From Actinomycetes bacterium (lineage in GTDB: Bacteria; Actinomycetota; Thermoleophilia; BMS3ABIN01): 39,630 nucleotides of DNA. This document shows positions 24,539 to 36,757 of this stretch, piece by piece. The DNA lies in the NCBI GenBank assembly GCA_021803005.1, contig JAJZQT010000010.1, positions 1 to 39,630 of the forward strand, given 5' to 3'. Below the pieces are notes generated by a model. That model did not search any database, was not told where the DNA came from, and saw nothing but the letters and a program-made list of their open reading frames with translations. The position numbers and the translations under genes were made by a program. Every line of letters starts with the position of its first letter. Within the stretch, counting starts at the first letter, position 1.

Positions 24539-25666
24539 TTAATCCGCGAGCACAAAATAATCGCGGTGGATGACTTCTTCTTCCCCGTGCGGCAGCAGCT
24601 TGATCACCTGGCGGCTCTGCATCCCCTTGATGCGCCGCAGCTCATCGCTGGAGTAATTGCTGACGCCCTTGCCGACGCGGTGGCGCCCATCCTTCCGGAA
24701 GAAGACATCGACGGCCTCGCCGGCGGCAAAGTTACCCTCGACGCGCACGATTCCGGCCGGCAGCAGGCTCTTGCCGCGGCGGCGCAGGGCCGTGGCCGCG
24801 CCTTCGTCAATGACGATGGCGCCGCTGGAAGGACGCCCGTATTTCAGCCAGAGCTTGAAACTGCTCATGGAAGACTTGAGGGGACGGAACCAGGTTCCTA
24901 CCTTCTCTCCAGCGGCAATGGCGCTGATCACACCCGGCCGGGAACCGTTGGCGATGACCACGCCGATATTGGCCGCCGTCGCCATTTCCGCGGCTACGAT
25001 CTTGCTTTTCATGCCGCCGGAACCGATGGCGCTGCCGGCGCCTCCGGCTTCGATCTCGTCCAGCAGGGATCGATCGACAACCTCTTCGACCAGCCTGGCG
25101 TTGCCATCCACGGAAGGGTCACTAGTATATAACCCCTCCGTATCGGTGAGCAACATCAGCTCGTCGGCCTTCACCAGGATCGCGACCTGGGCCGCCAGGA
25201 AGTCGTTGTCGCCGTAACGGATCTCGTCGGCGGAGGTGGTGTCGTTCTCGTTGACGATGGGGACGATTCCCCATTCCAGAAGTCTAAGCAGCGTGTTGCG
25301 CGCGTTCAGGTACTGGCTGCGCGCCTCGATGTCGTAGGAAGTGAGAAGCACCTGGGCGGCGGTGACGCCCGCGTCGGCAAAAAGCCTGTAGTAGCGGTGG
25401 AAGAGGCGGCCCTGGCCGACGGCCGAAGCCGCCTGCAGGTCAACCGTGTCGGAGGGACTGCCCCCGATGGGAATAAGCCCGAGCCCGCAGGAGATGGCAC
25501 CCGAGGAGACGACCACGACCCTGTTGCCGGCTCTGGCAAGCCCGGCGATCTGTGACACCAGGCCGGCCAGCACGCCGTCGCGCAGGCGGCCGCTCGTGTC
25601 GGTCAGGGTGTTGCTGCCGATTTTTACCGCGTAAGTCTTGGCTCTTTTGGGGACGTTCGTTTCCAA
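24539..25666 (-). CDS. proB: Glutamate 5-kinase with PUA domain
   Basis: 'YAVKIGSNTLT', 'VVVVSSGAI', 'IVNENDT', 'GDNDFLAAQVA', 'GGMKSKI', and C-terminal PUA 'LLPAGIVRVEGNFAAGEAV'. The predicted TTG start lies inside the 29-nt repeat. Confidence 0.9.
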   Translation of the reverse strand: METNVPKRAKTYAVKIGSNTLTDTSGRLRDGVLAGLVSQIAGLARAGNRVVVVSSGAISCGLGLIPIGGSPSDTVDLQAASAVGQGRLFHRYYRLFADAGVTAAQVLLTSYDIEARSQYLNARNTLLRLLEWGIVPIVNENDTTSADEIRYGDNDFLAAQVAILVKADELMLLTDTEGLYTSDPSVDGNARLVEEVVDRSLLDEIEAGGAGSAIGSGGMKSKIVAAEMATAANIGVVIANGSRPGVISAIAAGEKVGTWFRPLKSSMSSFKLWLKYGRPSSGAIVIDEGAATALRRRGKSLLPAGIVRVEGNFAAGEAVDVFFRKDGRHRVGKGVSNYSSDELRRIKGMQSRQVIKLLPHGEEEVIHRDYFVLAD

Positions 25667-25744
25667 TGTTTCCTAACTATTGAATGGCAGCCGCAACGGC
25701 ACGAAATTGTCGTGAGTTAGGAAACATTGGAAACGAACGTCCCC
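25649..25744. repeat. 96-bp element: perfect 29-bp inverted repeat (25649-25677 ggggacgttcgtttccaatgtttcctaac; 25716-25744 reverse complement) with 38-nt spacer
   Basis: Read directly. It occupies the entire functional murA-proB spacer and covers the proB start codon. Confidence 0.95.
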
Positions 25745-25754
25745 GGTCAACTGA

Positions 25755-27047
25755 CTAGTTGAAGGGCACGACGGAGTGGGAGCGGTCGCTGGTCTCGACC
25801 CGCTGGATGTCAGCGCCCAGCCCCTGCAGCTTCTGCTCGAATTCCTCGTAACCGCGATCGATGTGGCCGATGCGGCCGACCTCGGTGGTTCCGGAGGCCG
25901 CCAGGCCGGCCAGCACCAGGGCGGCGCCGGCGCGCAGGTCGGGCGCCTCGACGATGGTGCCCTCCAGCCGGCTGTCTCCATGCACTACCGCATGATGGCC
26001 GCTGACACGCACGCTGGCGCCAAGGCGGTTGAGCTCGTCCACGAAACCAAAGCGGTTCTCGAAAACATTCTCGGTGACGATGCTGTGCCCGTGCGCCAGC
26101 GACAGCAGGACGATCATCGGCGCCTGCAGATCGGTCGGGAAGCCCGGGTGCGGCAGGGTGGCGATGTCGGTGCTGCCGTACTCGCCGTCACCCTGGCAGC
26201 GGACGCGATGGTCGAACTCCTTGATGCTGACGCCGATGGCGCGCAGCTTGCTGATGAAAATTTCCAGGTAGAGGGGGTTGATGCCTTCGATCTCGATGTC
26301 CCCCTCGGTGACCGCGGCGGCGACCATGAAGGTGCCGGCCTCGACCCGGTCGGGAATCACGGTGTGGGCGGTTCCGCCTAGCTCCTCGACGCCCTCGATG
26401 ACGATGGTGTCCGAGCCGGCGCCGCTGATATTGGCGCCCATCGAGGTCAGAAACTTGGCCAGGTCGATGATCTCGGGTTCACGGGCGGCGCTCTCGATCA
26501 CGGTGCGGCCCCGCGCCATGCACGCGGCCATCATCACGTTCTCAGTAGCGCCGACGCTGGGATAGTCGAGGCTGATAACGTCGCCGGTAAGCCCGCTGGT
26601 GGCCACGTTGATGAAACCGTGGTCGGCATTGATGCGGGCGCCGAGTTTCTCCAGACCGCTCAGATGGAAGTTGATCTGCCGCGGACCGATGTTGCAGCCG
26701 CCGGGCATTGCCACCCGGGCGCGGCGCAGCCGCGCCAGCAGGGGGCCCATGACCACGATCGAGGCGCGCATCTTGCGCACCAGCTCGTAGGGCGTGGTGT
26801 GGGAAAGCTCTCCGGAGGCGTCGATCTCGATGGCGTCGGCGCCGATGTGCACCTCGGCGCCGATCTCCCTGAGCACATCCGCCATGGTGAAGACGTCCTT
26901 GATCAGGGGAACATTGTGGAGGGTGACCTTGCCGGAGGTCAGCAAGGAAGCCGCCATCAGCTTCAGGGCCGAGTTCTTGGCCCCGGACACCCTCACCGAG
27001 CCCACGAGGGGAAAACCACCGTTGATTACGTATTTGGCCATACTCAC
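25755..27047 (-). CDS. murA: UDP-N-acetylglucosamine 1-carboxyvinyltransferase
   Basis: Collinear with MurA. The active-site loop 'MPGGCNIGPRQINFH' retains the Cys. 'HIDRGYE' is near the C-terminus. Start is 27047 or 27041. Confidence 0.95.
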   Translation of the reverse strand: MSMAKYVINGGFPLVGSVRVSGAKNSALKLMAASLLTSGKVTLHNVPLIKDVFTMADVLREIGAEVHIGADAIEIDASGELSHTTPYELVRKMRASIVVMGPLLARLRRARVAMPGGCNIGPRQINFHLSGLEKLGARINADHGFINVATSGLTGDVISLDYPSVGATENVMMAACMARGRTVIESAAREPEIIDLAKFLTSMGANISGAGSDTIVIEGVEELGGTAHTVIPDRVEAGTFMVAAAVTEGDIEIEGINPLYLEIFISKLRAIGVSIKEFDHRVRCQGDGEYGSTDIATLPHPGFPTDLQAPMIVLLSLAHGHSIVTENVFENRFGFVDELNRLGASVRVSGHHAVVHGDSRLEGTIVEAPDLRAGAALVLAGLAASGTTEVGRIGHIDRGYEEFEQKLQGLGADIQRVETSDRSHSVVPFN

Positions 27048-27109
27048 AGAAGGTTAAAGGTTTTGGGAGGCAATTTCCAGCGCCTGCCCTAACCTTCTAC
27101 CACGCGGCC

Positions 27110-27538
27110 CTAGACTTTTCCTGCAACCTTGAGCCTGTTGGCGGCCCGGCGGCGGGACTGCTCGGCCCGGTGAATGTCGACTCCCGCTTCGCCGGCTCGG
27201 GCAAGGAACTTCTCGGCCCGCTCCAGTGCCGCCTTGGACCGCTCGACATCGATGTCGACGGCGTTCTCGGCAGTGTTCACCAGCAGCAGCAGCCGGTCGA
27301 ACTGCATCTTGACGTAACCATTACCTACGGCCATGAATTTCCAGCTGTTGCCGCTCTCCTTGACCCTGACCTCACCGACGACCGTGCGCGAGACCAGCGG
27401 GGCGTGCCGCGGCAGGATGCCGAGCTCGCCCATTTCGCCGGGCACGACGACGACGTCGGCGCGCCCGTCATAGACCAGCCCTTCCGGGGTGACTATCTCG
27501 CATTTTAGGCCTGTGACTGTTTTTTCTTCTACTGCCAT
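27110..27538 (-). CDS. atpC: F1 ATP synthase epsilon subunit
   Basis: 142 aa. 'LKCEIVTPEGLVYDG...VVVPGEMGELGILPRHAPL' plus a C-terminal helical hairpin. Confidence 0.9.
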   Translation of the reverse strand: MAVEEKTVTGLKCEIVTPEGLVYDGRADVVVVPGEMGELGILPRHAPLVSRTVVGEVRVKESGNSWKFMAVGNGYVKMQFDRLLLLVNTAENAVDIDVERSKAALERAEKFLARAGEAGVDIHRAEQSRRRAANRLKVAGKV

Positions 27539-27541
27539 ATG

Positions 27542-29930
<2,389 letters not shown>

Positions 29931-29951
29931 GATCTATCGCGGCTGGGGCTG

Positions 29952-31493
29952 CTAGGAAGCAGCCGGGACCGCCAACTCCTCCTGGTCGGGGGTGAAGTCC
30001 TTGAGGAAGGCCTCGAGAGCCGCGCGCAGCTTGGCCTCGGTGTCGTCGCTCAGGTCTTTCTCTTCCTTGATCGTCGAGAGAATGTCGGCATGCTCGGCCT
30101 TCAGATGGTCGACAAGCCCCTTGTTGAACTCGGGCACGCGGCCGACATCGAGGCCGTCGAGATAGCCCTGGGTGGCGGCGAACAGCACCGCGACCTGCTC
30201 CTCGACCGGCATGGGCATGAACTGGCCCTGGTTAAGGGAAACAACCACGCGCTCGCCTCGGGCCAGCTGGGCCTGGGTGGCGGCGTCGAGCTCGGAGCCG
30301 AACTGGGCGAAGGCCTTGAGAGCGTTGTACTGGGCCATGTCCAGGCGCAGCTTGCCGGCGACCTTCTTCATCGCCTTGAGCTGGGCGTTGCCGCCGACGC
30401 GGCTGACCGAGATACCTACGTTGATGGCCGGCCTGACACCCGAGTAAAAGAGGTCGGGCTCCAGGAAGATCTGGCCGTCGGTGATGGAAATGATGTTCGT
30501 CGGGATGTAGGCCGAGACGTCGCCGGCCTGTGTCTCCACGATCGGCAGGGCGGTAAGCGAGCCGCCGCCCAGGCTGTCGTGCAGCTTGACCGAGCGCTCC
30601 AGCAGACGGGAGTGCAGGTAGAAGACGTCGCCGGGATAAGCTTCACGCCCTGGCGGCCGCCTCAGCAGCAGCGACATCTGGCGGTAAGCATCGGCGTGCT
30701 TGGTCAGATCGTCGTAGATGCAGAGTGCGTCCTTGCCGTTGTAACAAAAATATTCGCCCATGGCGGTGCCGACGTAGGGCGCCAGGTATTTGAGCGGCGC
30801 CGTCTCGGAAGCGGAGGCCATGACCACGATCGTGTAGTCCATGGCGCCTTCGGCTTCCAGCTTGGCGACGACGCTGGCCACGTTGGAGGCCTTCTGGCCG
30901 ATGGCCACGTAGATGCAGATGATGTCCTGACCCTTCTGATTGATGATCGTATCCACGGCGATGGCGGTCTTGCCGGTCCGGCGGTCGCCGATGATGAGCT
31001 CGCGCTGGCCGCGGCCGATGGGAATCATTGAGTCGATCGATTTCAGACCGGTCTGCAGCGGCACGCGCACCGGCTGGCGCTGCAGCACGCCCGGGGCCTT
31101 GAACTCGACCGGACGGTATTCACTGGTCTCGATGGGACCCCTGTCGTCGATGGGACGGCCGAGAGCGTTGACCACGCGGCCGACGAGGGCTTCGCCCACC
31201 GGCACGCTCATGACTCTGCCGGTCCTCTTTACCAGGTCGCCTTCGGCGATGAGGGTGTCTTCACCCATGAGCACCACACCGACGTTGTCTTCCTCCAGGT
31301 TGAGGGCCAGACCGACAACATCGTGGGGAAACTCGAGCATCTCGGAGGCCATGGCGCGCTCCAAGCCGTGGACACGGGCGATGCCGTCCCCCACCTCCAG
31401 GACCCGGCCCACCTCCTCGACTTCGACTTCGGCCTCGTAGTTCTCAATCTGGCTCTTGAGAACCGCGGTAATTTCTTCAGGACGCAGTTTCAA
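29952..31493 (-). CDS. atpA: F1 ATP synthase alpha subunit
   Basis: Walker A 'GDRRTGKT', '[20 protein letters not shown]'; 513 aa. Confidence 0.95.
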   Translation of the reverse strand: MKLRPEEITAVLKSQIENYEAEVEVEEVGRVLEVGDGIARVHGLERAMASEMLEFPHDVVGLALNLEEDNVGVVLMGEDTLIAEGDLVKRTGRVMSVPVGEALVGRVVNALGRPIDDRGPIETSEYRPVEFKAPGVLQRQPVRVPLQTGLKSIDSMIPIGRGQRELIIGDRRTGKTAIAVDTIINQKGQDIICIYVAIGQKASNVASVVAKLEAEGAMDYTIVVMASASETAPLKYLAPYVGTAMGEYFCYNGKDALCIYDDLTKHADAYRQMSLLLRRPPGREAYPGDVFYLHSRLLERSVKLHDSLGGGSLTALPIVETQAGDVSAYIPTNIISITDGQIFLEPDLFYSGVRPAINVGISVSRVGGNAQLKAMKKVAGKLRLDMAQYNALKAFAQFGSELDAATQAQLARGERVVVSLNQGQFMPMPVEEQVAVLFAATQGYLDGLDVGRVPEFNKGLVDHLKAEHADILSTIKEEKDLSDDTEAKLRAALEAFLKDFTPDQEELAVPAAS

Positions 31494-31495
31494 AA

Positions 31496-32047
31496 CTATT
31501 CACTCCCTATGTTGGCTTGGGCAAGCCTGACGCGCAGCTGTTCGAGCTTCGCCTGCAGGCTGCTGTCCACGATTACATCTCCGAACCTAAGAACGAGTCC
31601 GCCGAGGATGTCAGCGCGGACGGTCTCCTTGATATCGACCTTCTTGCCGATCGCATCCTCGATCCGCTTCCGAATTCCAGCCCTCGTCTCTTCCGGCAGC
31701 TCAACCGCCGACGTGATCTCGACCTCCACGATCTTGTTCTCTTTCTGCAGGAGCTTCTGAAAACGCTCGTTCAGATCGAAGAGCAGGTCCGTGTGGCGCT
31801 TGTCGATGATCAGGTTGACGCCGTTGACGAAAATACGGTCACCGCCCCCGGTCAGCTCCGCCACCACTTTTTTCTTGGTCGCGGAATCGATGCGGGGGTT
31901 GAACATGACCGCGGTCAGCTCACGGGAACCTGCCATGGCCTCGCTAAAGGCCGACAGATCGGCAGCTGTGGCTTCCAGCGTGCCGGCGTCCCGCGCCGCC
32001 TCAAAGAGCGCCTGGGCGTAGACATTCGTTATATTGGACTCGCCCAA
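31496..32047 (-). CDS. atpH: F1 ATP synthase delta (OSCP) subunit
   Basis: 183 aa. 'YAQALFEAA' N-terminus, '[16 protein letters not shown]' C-terminal motif, and position between atpF and atpA. Confidence 0.85.
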   Translation of the reverse strand: MGESNITNVYAQALFEAARDAGTLEATAADLSAFSEAMAGSRELTAVMFNPRIDSATKKKVVAELTGGGDRIFVNGVNLIIDKRHTDLLFDLNERFQKLLQKENKIVEVEITSAVELPEETRAGIRKRIEDAIGKKVDIKETVRADILGGLVLRFGDVIVDSSLQAKLEQLRVRLAQANIGSE

Positions 32048-32050
32048 GCC

Positions 32051-32557
32051 TTACTGCCCTCCGGCGCCGAGCTGATCGAAATCGACTTCTGACAGGGCTT
32101 CGTTCACCAGGCGCAGATGATCCTCACGGTTCATGGTCTTGCCTGTGACCTTGCCGGCAGCCAGGATGGTCAGGTCGGCGACCTGGTCCTTGATCTCCTG
32201 GATGGCCTTGCGGGTCTCGCGCTGGATCTGGTCGCGGGCGCCTTCTACTTCCTTCTGCGCCTGCTCCCTTGCCTGGCCGACGATTTCGGATTTGGTGCTT
32301 TCCCCCACCTTGTGGGCGCGATCGATGATCTCCTCAGCCTCGTGCTTGGCCGCGGCCATGCTCTCACGGTACTCGGCCAGCATGCGCTCGGCCTCGAGGC
32401 GCGAATGCTCCGCCGCCTTGATGCTCTCCTCGATGGAGTCGCGGCGCTTGTCAATCATGTTTTGTATGGGACCAAAAGCGAACTTCTTCAGAAAGAAGAA
32501 CAGAATCAGGAACGTGATAATGGTCCATATGGCTAATCCGGGTTCAGGATTTATCAT
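32051..32557 (-). CDS. atpF: Fo ATP synthase b subunit
   Basis: A single N-terminal TM helix, then a long charged coiled-coil, in the operon position for atpF. Confidence 0.85.
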   Translation of the reverse strand: MINPEPGLAIWTIITFLILFFFLKKFAFGPIQNMIDKRRDSIEESIKAAEHSRLEAERMLAEYRESMAAAKHEAEEIIDRAHKVGESTKSEIVGQAREQAQKEVEGARDQIQRETRKAIQEIKDQVADLTILAAGKVTGKTMNREDHLRLVNEALSEVDFDQLGAGGQ

Positions 32558-32663
32558 CTTGTTCTGGTAAGCACCTCCCGAAGCGGCCTTGCTGACACGG
32601 GGCGGCGGCGCTGATTGGCGCCGCGGCCCGCATCGGCTGGCATAATGCCTGGCCGCTTATGAA

Positions 32664-32912
<249 letters not shown>

Positions 32913-32986
32913 TTAATCAAGATGACAGATGCAAACTCAGGTTCGGCGGGTCAAGCGTCCCGCGTGTCCTCACCGATTCCTCGGGC

Positions 32987-33862
32987 CTAATGCTCCTGCT
33001 TGATCGCCCCGCCGATGTAAACCGCCGTGAGGATGGCGAAGATATAAGCCTGGATCGCCGCCACGAAGATCTCGAAGGCGCTGATGGCGAACACGCCGGC
33101 CTCGATCACCGGCGCCAGGATGACGATCATCGCCACCGACGACAGCATGAAGATCAGATCGTAGAACACCAGGATCATGATGTGCCCGGCCAGCAGATTG
33201 GCGAAAAGCCTGACGCCCAGCGAAACCAGGCGGAAGATCTCGCTGACCACGTGAATCAGGAACAGCACCGGTTTCAGCACCGCCGGGGCGGTGCCCGGCA
33301 CCCAGCCCTTGAAATAGCCTATGGGCCCATTGGCGCGAATCCCGGAAACATGTGTCAGGACAAAGGTCATCGCCGCCAGGGCGACCGTGACGTTGATGTT
33401 GGATGTCGCCGCATAAGTGGCGATGGTGGGAATGCCGCGATGATCGAGGCCCAGGAAGAACGGCACCAGGCCGATGAGGTTGCTGATCAGGATAAACAGG
33501 AAGAGCGAGATGATATAAGGAAACCAGGCGGCCGCGGTCTGGCCGTGCATAACGGCGCCGACAAGGTTGTCGCGGACATATTCGTAGAGGGCTTCGAAGG
33601 CCATCTGCTTGCGATCGGGCAGGACACGGGCGCCACGAGACACCAGATAGCAGAAGATCCCGACGATCAGCGCCGCGATCCAGAGGTAGACGACGGCCTT
33701 GCTGATGGAGAGATCGATCGGGCCAAGCTTGAAAGCCAGCTCGTGGCCGCCGAAAACCAGCGGCTTGACGGCTTCTTCGAACTCCGCCGTCGGCGAAAAC
33801 TTCTCAGGGGCTTCAGCGACTGCCTGGCCCGCCTCGGCCGCCTGCGCGATCAATCCGATCAC
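32987..33862 (-). CDS. atpB: Fo ATP synthase a subunit
   Basis: 'LGVRLFANLLAGH' contains the essential Arg, and 'AIQAYIFAILTAVY' is present; 291 aa. Confidence 0.9.
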   Translation of the reverse strand: MIGLIAQAAEAGQAVAEAPEKFSPTAEFEEAVKPLVFGGHELAFKLGPIDLSISKAVVYLWIAALIVGIFCYLVSRGARVLPDRKQMAFEALYEYVRDNLVGAVMHGQTAAAWFPYIISLFLFILISNLIGLVPFFLGLDHRGIPTIATYAATSNINVTVALAAMTFVLTHVSGIRANGPIGYFKGWVPGTAPAVLKPVLFLIHVVSEIFRLVSLGVRLFANLLAGHIMILVFYDLIFMLSSVAMIVILAPVIEAGVFAISAFEIFVAAIQAYIFAILTAVYIGGAIKQEH

Positions 33863-34218
33863 ATCTCACCGCCCGTGGCCGTGGAGTTCGAAACCGGGCG
33901 GCTCTTGAGGCCGACGGCAATCTCCAGTCCGAGGAACAGGGTATATACCAGCAGGAAACAGATGGCGGTGGTCAGGAAGTATTCCCTTAGTCCCAGCGCC
34001 ACGCCGATGAGCCCGATGGCCATCAGGCCAAAGCGCAGGAAGAAGCTGACGAGGGCGACGCCGGTGGCGGCGGCCGTGGAGAGCCGCGGAATGGCCCTCA
34101 TGAAGAAAATCGAGATCGCGTAGTTAAGGATGAAGAGGCAGGAAGCCAGGAGCCAGGGAACCAGGAGCGGCCGGATAACAACACCGGCCGCCAGGCCGGC
34201 GGCGAGAAAGACCATCAT
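33859..34218 (-). CDS. atpI: ATP synthase subunit I-like small membrane protein
   Basis: 119 aa, about 4 TM helices, ATGA overlap with the atpB start, in the canonical position upstream of atpB. Confidence 0.55.
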   Translation of the reverse strand: MMVFLAAGLAAGVVIRPLLVPWLLASCLFILNYAISIFFMRAIPRLSTAAATGVALVSFFLRFGLMAIGLIGVALGLREYFLTTAICFLLVYTLFLGLEIAVGLKSRPVSNSTATGGEM

Positions 34219-34278
34219 CAGGGTTGTAAGCTTCCTTACGATCGGTACCCCTCTTTTTTGCTAAAAAATTCGTTGCGG

Positions 34279-34503
34279 TCACAGGCTCTTGTAGATGCCG
34301 TAAAGGCTGGCAGCAAAGCCCGCGAACACTCCTACGATGAGGAAGAGCGGTGTGGTGTGGAGAAGGTAGTCCAGACCCAGCCCGCTGATGGTGCCGAGTG
34401 CTACCCCTCCGACCAGGTATGAAGCGATCCATTCCCAGCCCAGGGGGTTCCCCCCTCGACCACCATTCGGTTTTGCCTTCTTCTTCTTCTGATTGTCAGG
34501 CAA
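34279..34503 (-). CDS. AtpZ/AtpI-family small membrane protein
   Basis: 74 aa. Lys-rich N-terminus plus two TM helices ('LVGGVALGTISGLGLDYLL...LFLIVGVFAGFAASLYGIY'). TTG start. Confidence 0.55.
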   Translation of the reverse strand: MPDNQKKKKAKPNGGRGGNPLGWEWIASYLVGGVALGTISGLGLDYLLHTTPLFLIVGVFAGFAASLYGIYKSL

Positions 34504-34605
34504 ATTAAAAACCGCGTTAGCATATCGCGGCGTCAGAAATTAGTCAAGAGCCCCCGGGGGTATTATTTGCGGCAGGTGGGAGCAGGTTTTCTTATGGAAT
34601 AACTG

Positions 34606-35676
34606 CTAACGGGTGTCGATGCCCCGGCGGCTGCGAACCTGCAGGATATCCAGCAGATACACCAGGTAGAGGCTGACGCCGACGACCACGCCGGCGAGGA
34701 TGACGGTGACGAAACCGGGCGCGAATCTCATGGAAAGCGCCAGCGAGCTCATGAGCGTGCACCAGGCGTAGAGCACCAGCACCGCCTTCCTTTGCGAGAA
34801 GCCGATGTTGAACAGCCGGTGATGCAGGTGGCCGCGGTCCGGGCGGAAGATGTTCTGGCGGTTCTTCATGCGCCGCAGGATGGTCAGCGAGAGATCGAAC
34901 ATGGGCACACCCATGATCAGCAGCGGGATCACCAGGGTGACGGCGGCGACGCTCTTGAGGACGCCGTGCACGGTGACCGCGGCGAGGATGAACCCCAGCA
35001 GCATCGAGCCCGAGTCCCCCATGAAGATCGAGGCGGGGAAGAAATTGTGCCGCAGGAATCCCAGGGTGGTGCCGGCAAGGATGGCCGCGAGGATGCCGGC
35101 GCCGGGCCTCCCCAGCGAGATGGCGATGACCGCGAAGGTGCCGGCGGCGATGGTGCAGACGCCCGCGGCCAGGCCGTCCATGCCGTCGATGAAGTTGACG
35201 ATGTTGATAAGAGCGACGACCCATATCAGTGTCAGGGGGATGGCGAGAGCCGGCGCCAGGTTGACCGTTCCCACGTAGGGCAGGGTGAAATAGTCGATGT
35301 GCAGGCCATACCAGACCAGGCAGCCGGCGGCGATAAACTGGCCGGCGAACTTGACCAGGGGTGAGGTATCGTGGAAGTCGTCAACCGCCCCGAAGAGCGT
35401 GATGATGGAAGCTCCCACCAGCACACCTTTCATCTGGTCGGTCAGCTCGAGGAACAGCAGCGCCGGGATGATGAAGCCGAAGTAGATCGCCAGGCCGCCC
35501 AGCCGCGGCGTCGGGTCCTCGTGGATCTTGCGGGCGTTGGGCTCGTCCATGGCGCCCACGAAACGGGCGATCGATCCCACGGTCGGCGTCACTATGAAAA
35601 CAATGGCCGCCGCTACCACGAACGCGATCAGGGCAACCTTGGTGCCGACTATGGGATTTTCGACGAAGTCGTCCAA
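34606..35676 (-). CDS. wecA: GT4-family polyprenyl-phosphate N-acetylhexosamine-1-phosphate transferase (WecA/TagO/MraY-like)
   Basis: 'NIVNFIDGMDGLAAG', 'IFMGDSGSMLLGF', and about 10-11 TM helices. The TTG start directly abuts the upstream stop. Confidence 0.85.
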   Translation of the reverse strand: MDDFVENPIVGTKVALIAFVVAAAIVFIVTPTVGSIARFVGAMDEPNARKIHEDPTPRLGGLAIYFGFIIPALLFLELTDQMKGVLVGASIITLFGAVDDFHDTSPLVKFAGQFIAAGCLVWYGLHIDYFTLPYVGTVNLAPALAIPLTLIWVVALINIVNFIDGMDGLAAGVCTIAAGTFAVIAISLGRPGAGILAAILAGTTLGFLRHNFFPASIFMGDSGSMLLGFILAAVTVHGVLKSVAAVTLVIPLLIMGVPMFDLSLTILRRMKNRQNIFRPDRGHLHHRLFNIGFSQRKAVLVLYAWCTLMSSLALSMRFAPGFVTVILAGVVVGVSLYLVYLLDILQVRSRRGIDTR

Positions 35677-36195
35677 CTAACCGCCAATCCGGTGGATCTT
35701 GATGCCGGCTTCGGCAAAGAATGCCGTGGCCAGCTCGTCCGGGTAGCCCTCATTGAAGTAGACTTCCACAATTCCGGCGTTAATAATCATCTTGGCGCAG
35801 AGTACGCAGGGCTGGTGCGTGCAGTAGAGGGTCGAGCCCTCGATCTTGACCCCGTGCAGCGCCGCCTGGGCGATGGCGTTCTGCTCGGCGTGCAGCGCCC
35901 GGCAAAGCTCATGCCGCTCGCCCGATGGCACGCCCAGCTCCTCGCGCAGGCAGCCGACCTCGATGCAGTGGCTGATGCCGCGCGGCGCGCCGTTGTAGCC
36001 CGTCGAGAGGATCCGCTTGTCCTTGACCAGCACCGCGCCCACGCGCCGCCTCATGCAGGTCGAGCGCGTGGCTACAGTCTCGGCGATCTGGAAAAAGTAT
36101 TCCTCCCAGGAAGGCCGGCTGATTTTTTCGGGAAGCGGAACCGCGGCGAGAATATCTTTCTTTTCTTTCTTGTTTTCCATGATCGCAGGTCCCAT
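35677..36195 (-). CDS. dCMP deaminase (ComEB/CDA family)
   Basis: 'HAEQNA' and 'PCVLCAKMI' zinc motifs, plus 'GYNGAPRG'. Start is 36195 or ATG 36180. Confidence 0.85.
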   Translation of the reverse strand: MGPAIMENKKEKKDILAAVPLPEKISRPSWEEYFFQIAETVATRSTCMRRRVGAVLVKDKRILSTGYNGAPRGISHCIEVGCLREELGVPSGERHELCRALHAEQNAIAQAALHGVKIEGSTLYCTHQPCVLCAKMIINAGIVEVYFNEGYPDELATAFFAEAGIKIHRIGG

Positions 36196-36256
36196 GTGGT
36201 TGGAAAAAAACCTTTAACAGCCTATCCGCCTATGCCGTTTTTTGCAAACGCCAAAC

Positions 36257-36285
36257 GGGGACGTTGGTTGCCATTGTTTCCTAAC
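36257..36285. repeat. Solo, diverged copy (26/29) of the 29-nt repeat seen at 25649-25677
   Basis: ggggacgttggttgccattgtttcctaac versus ggggacgttcgtttccaatgtttcctaac. Same orientation as copy A, 62 nt upstream of the dCMP deaminase ORF. Confidence 0.85.
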
Positions 36286-36439
36286 GGCTAGTAAAAATGG
36301 CCACTAATTGCTGTTTCTGGCTTTGCAGACGGTTTCCTGCATGGCCTGGAGATGACCGCCGTCCCATGCCGGTCCCGCAGACCCTTTCCTACAGGCCGCA
36401 AATTGTATATTATGATTTTTATGTACGTAGTGTACGTTT

Positions 36440-36757
36440 ATGGTGCCATTGGAAGGAGGGGCTTTGAAGGAAATCGGGATAGCTGAGGCCAGACGGCGGT
36501 TGCCGGAGTTGGTTGAGGAAGCGTTTTTCCGCGGAGAGCTGTGGGCGCTCACCAAGTCCGGCCGGCCGCGGGCGGTTCTCATCGGTTTTGACGAGTACGA
36601 GGAACTTGCGGCCAAAGCCGCCATGTATGAGGAGACCAGCGACCCTGTGGCTGCCAAAATGGACATGCTGGCGGATGCTGACGTCGAGGCGGGCAAGGTA
36701 TACGAGCACGACGTGGTCATGGCAAAGCTGCGCGAATCGCGACGCAAGCGCGCCTGA
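36440..36757 (+). CDS. Phd/YefM-type antitoxin
   Basis: 'IGIAEARRRLPELVEEA...RPRAVLIGFDEYEEL' is a typical Phd/YefM N-terminal fold. The alternative TTG start at 36464 has AGGAGG upstream. Confidence 0.7.
   Translation: MVPLEGGALKEIGIAEARRRLPELVEEAFFRGELWALTKSGRPRAVLIGFDEYEELAAKAAMYEETSDPVAAKMDMLADADVEAGKVYEHDVVMAKLRESRRKRA

Noticed and set aside
25649-25744. Possible CRISPR unit (29-nt repeat, 38-nt spacer)
   Set aside because: The two copies are inverted, not direct. There are only two, no cas genes are in the window, and the third copy lies 10.5 kb away in a different context.
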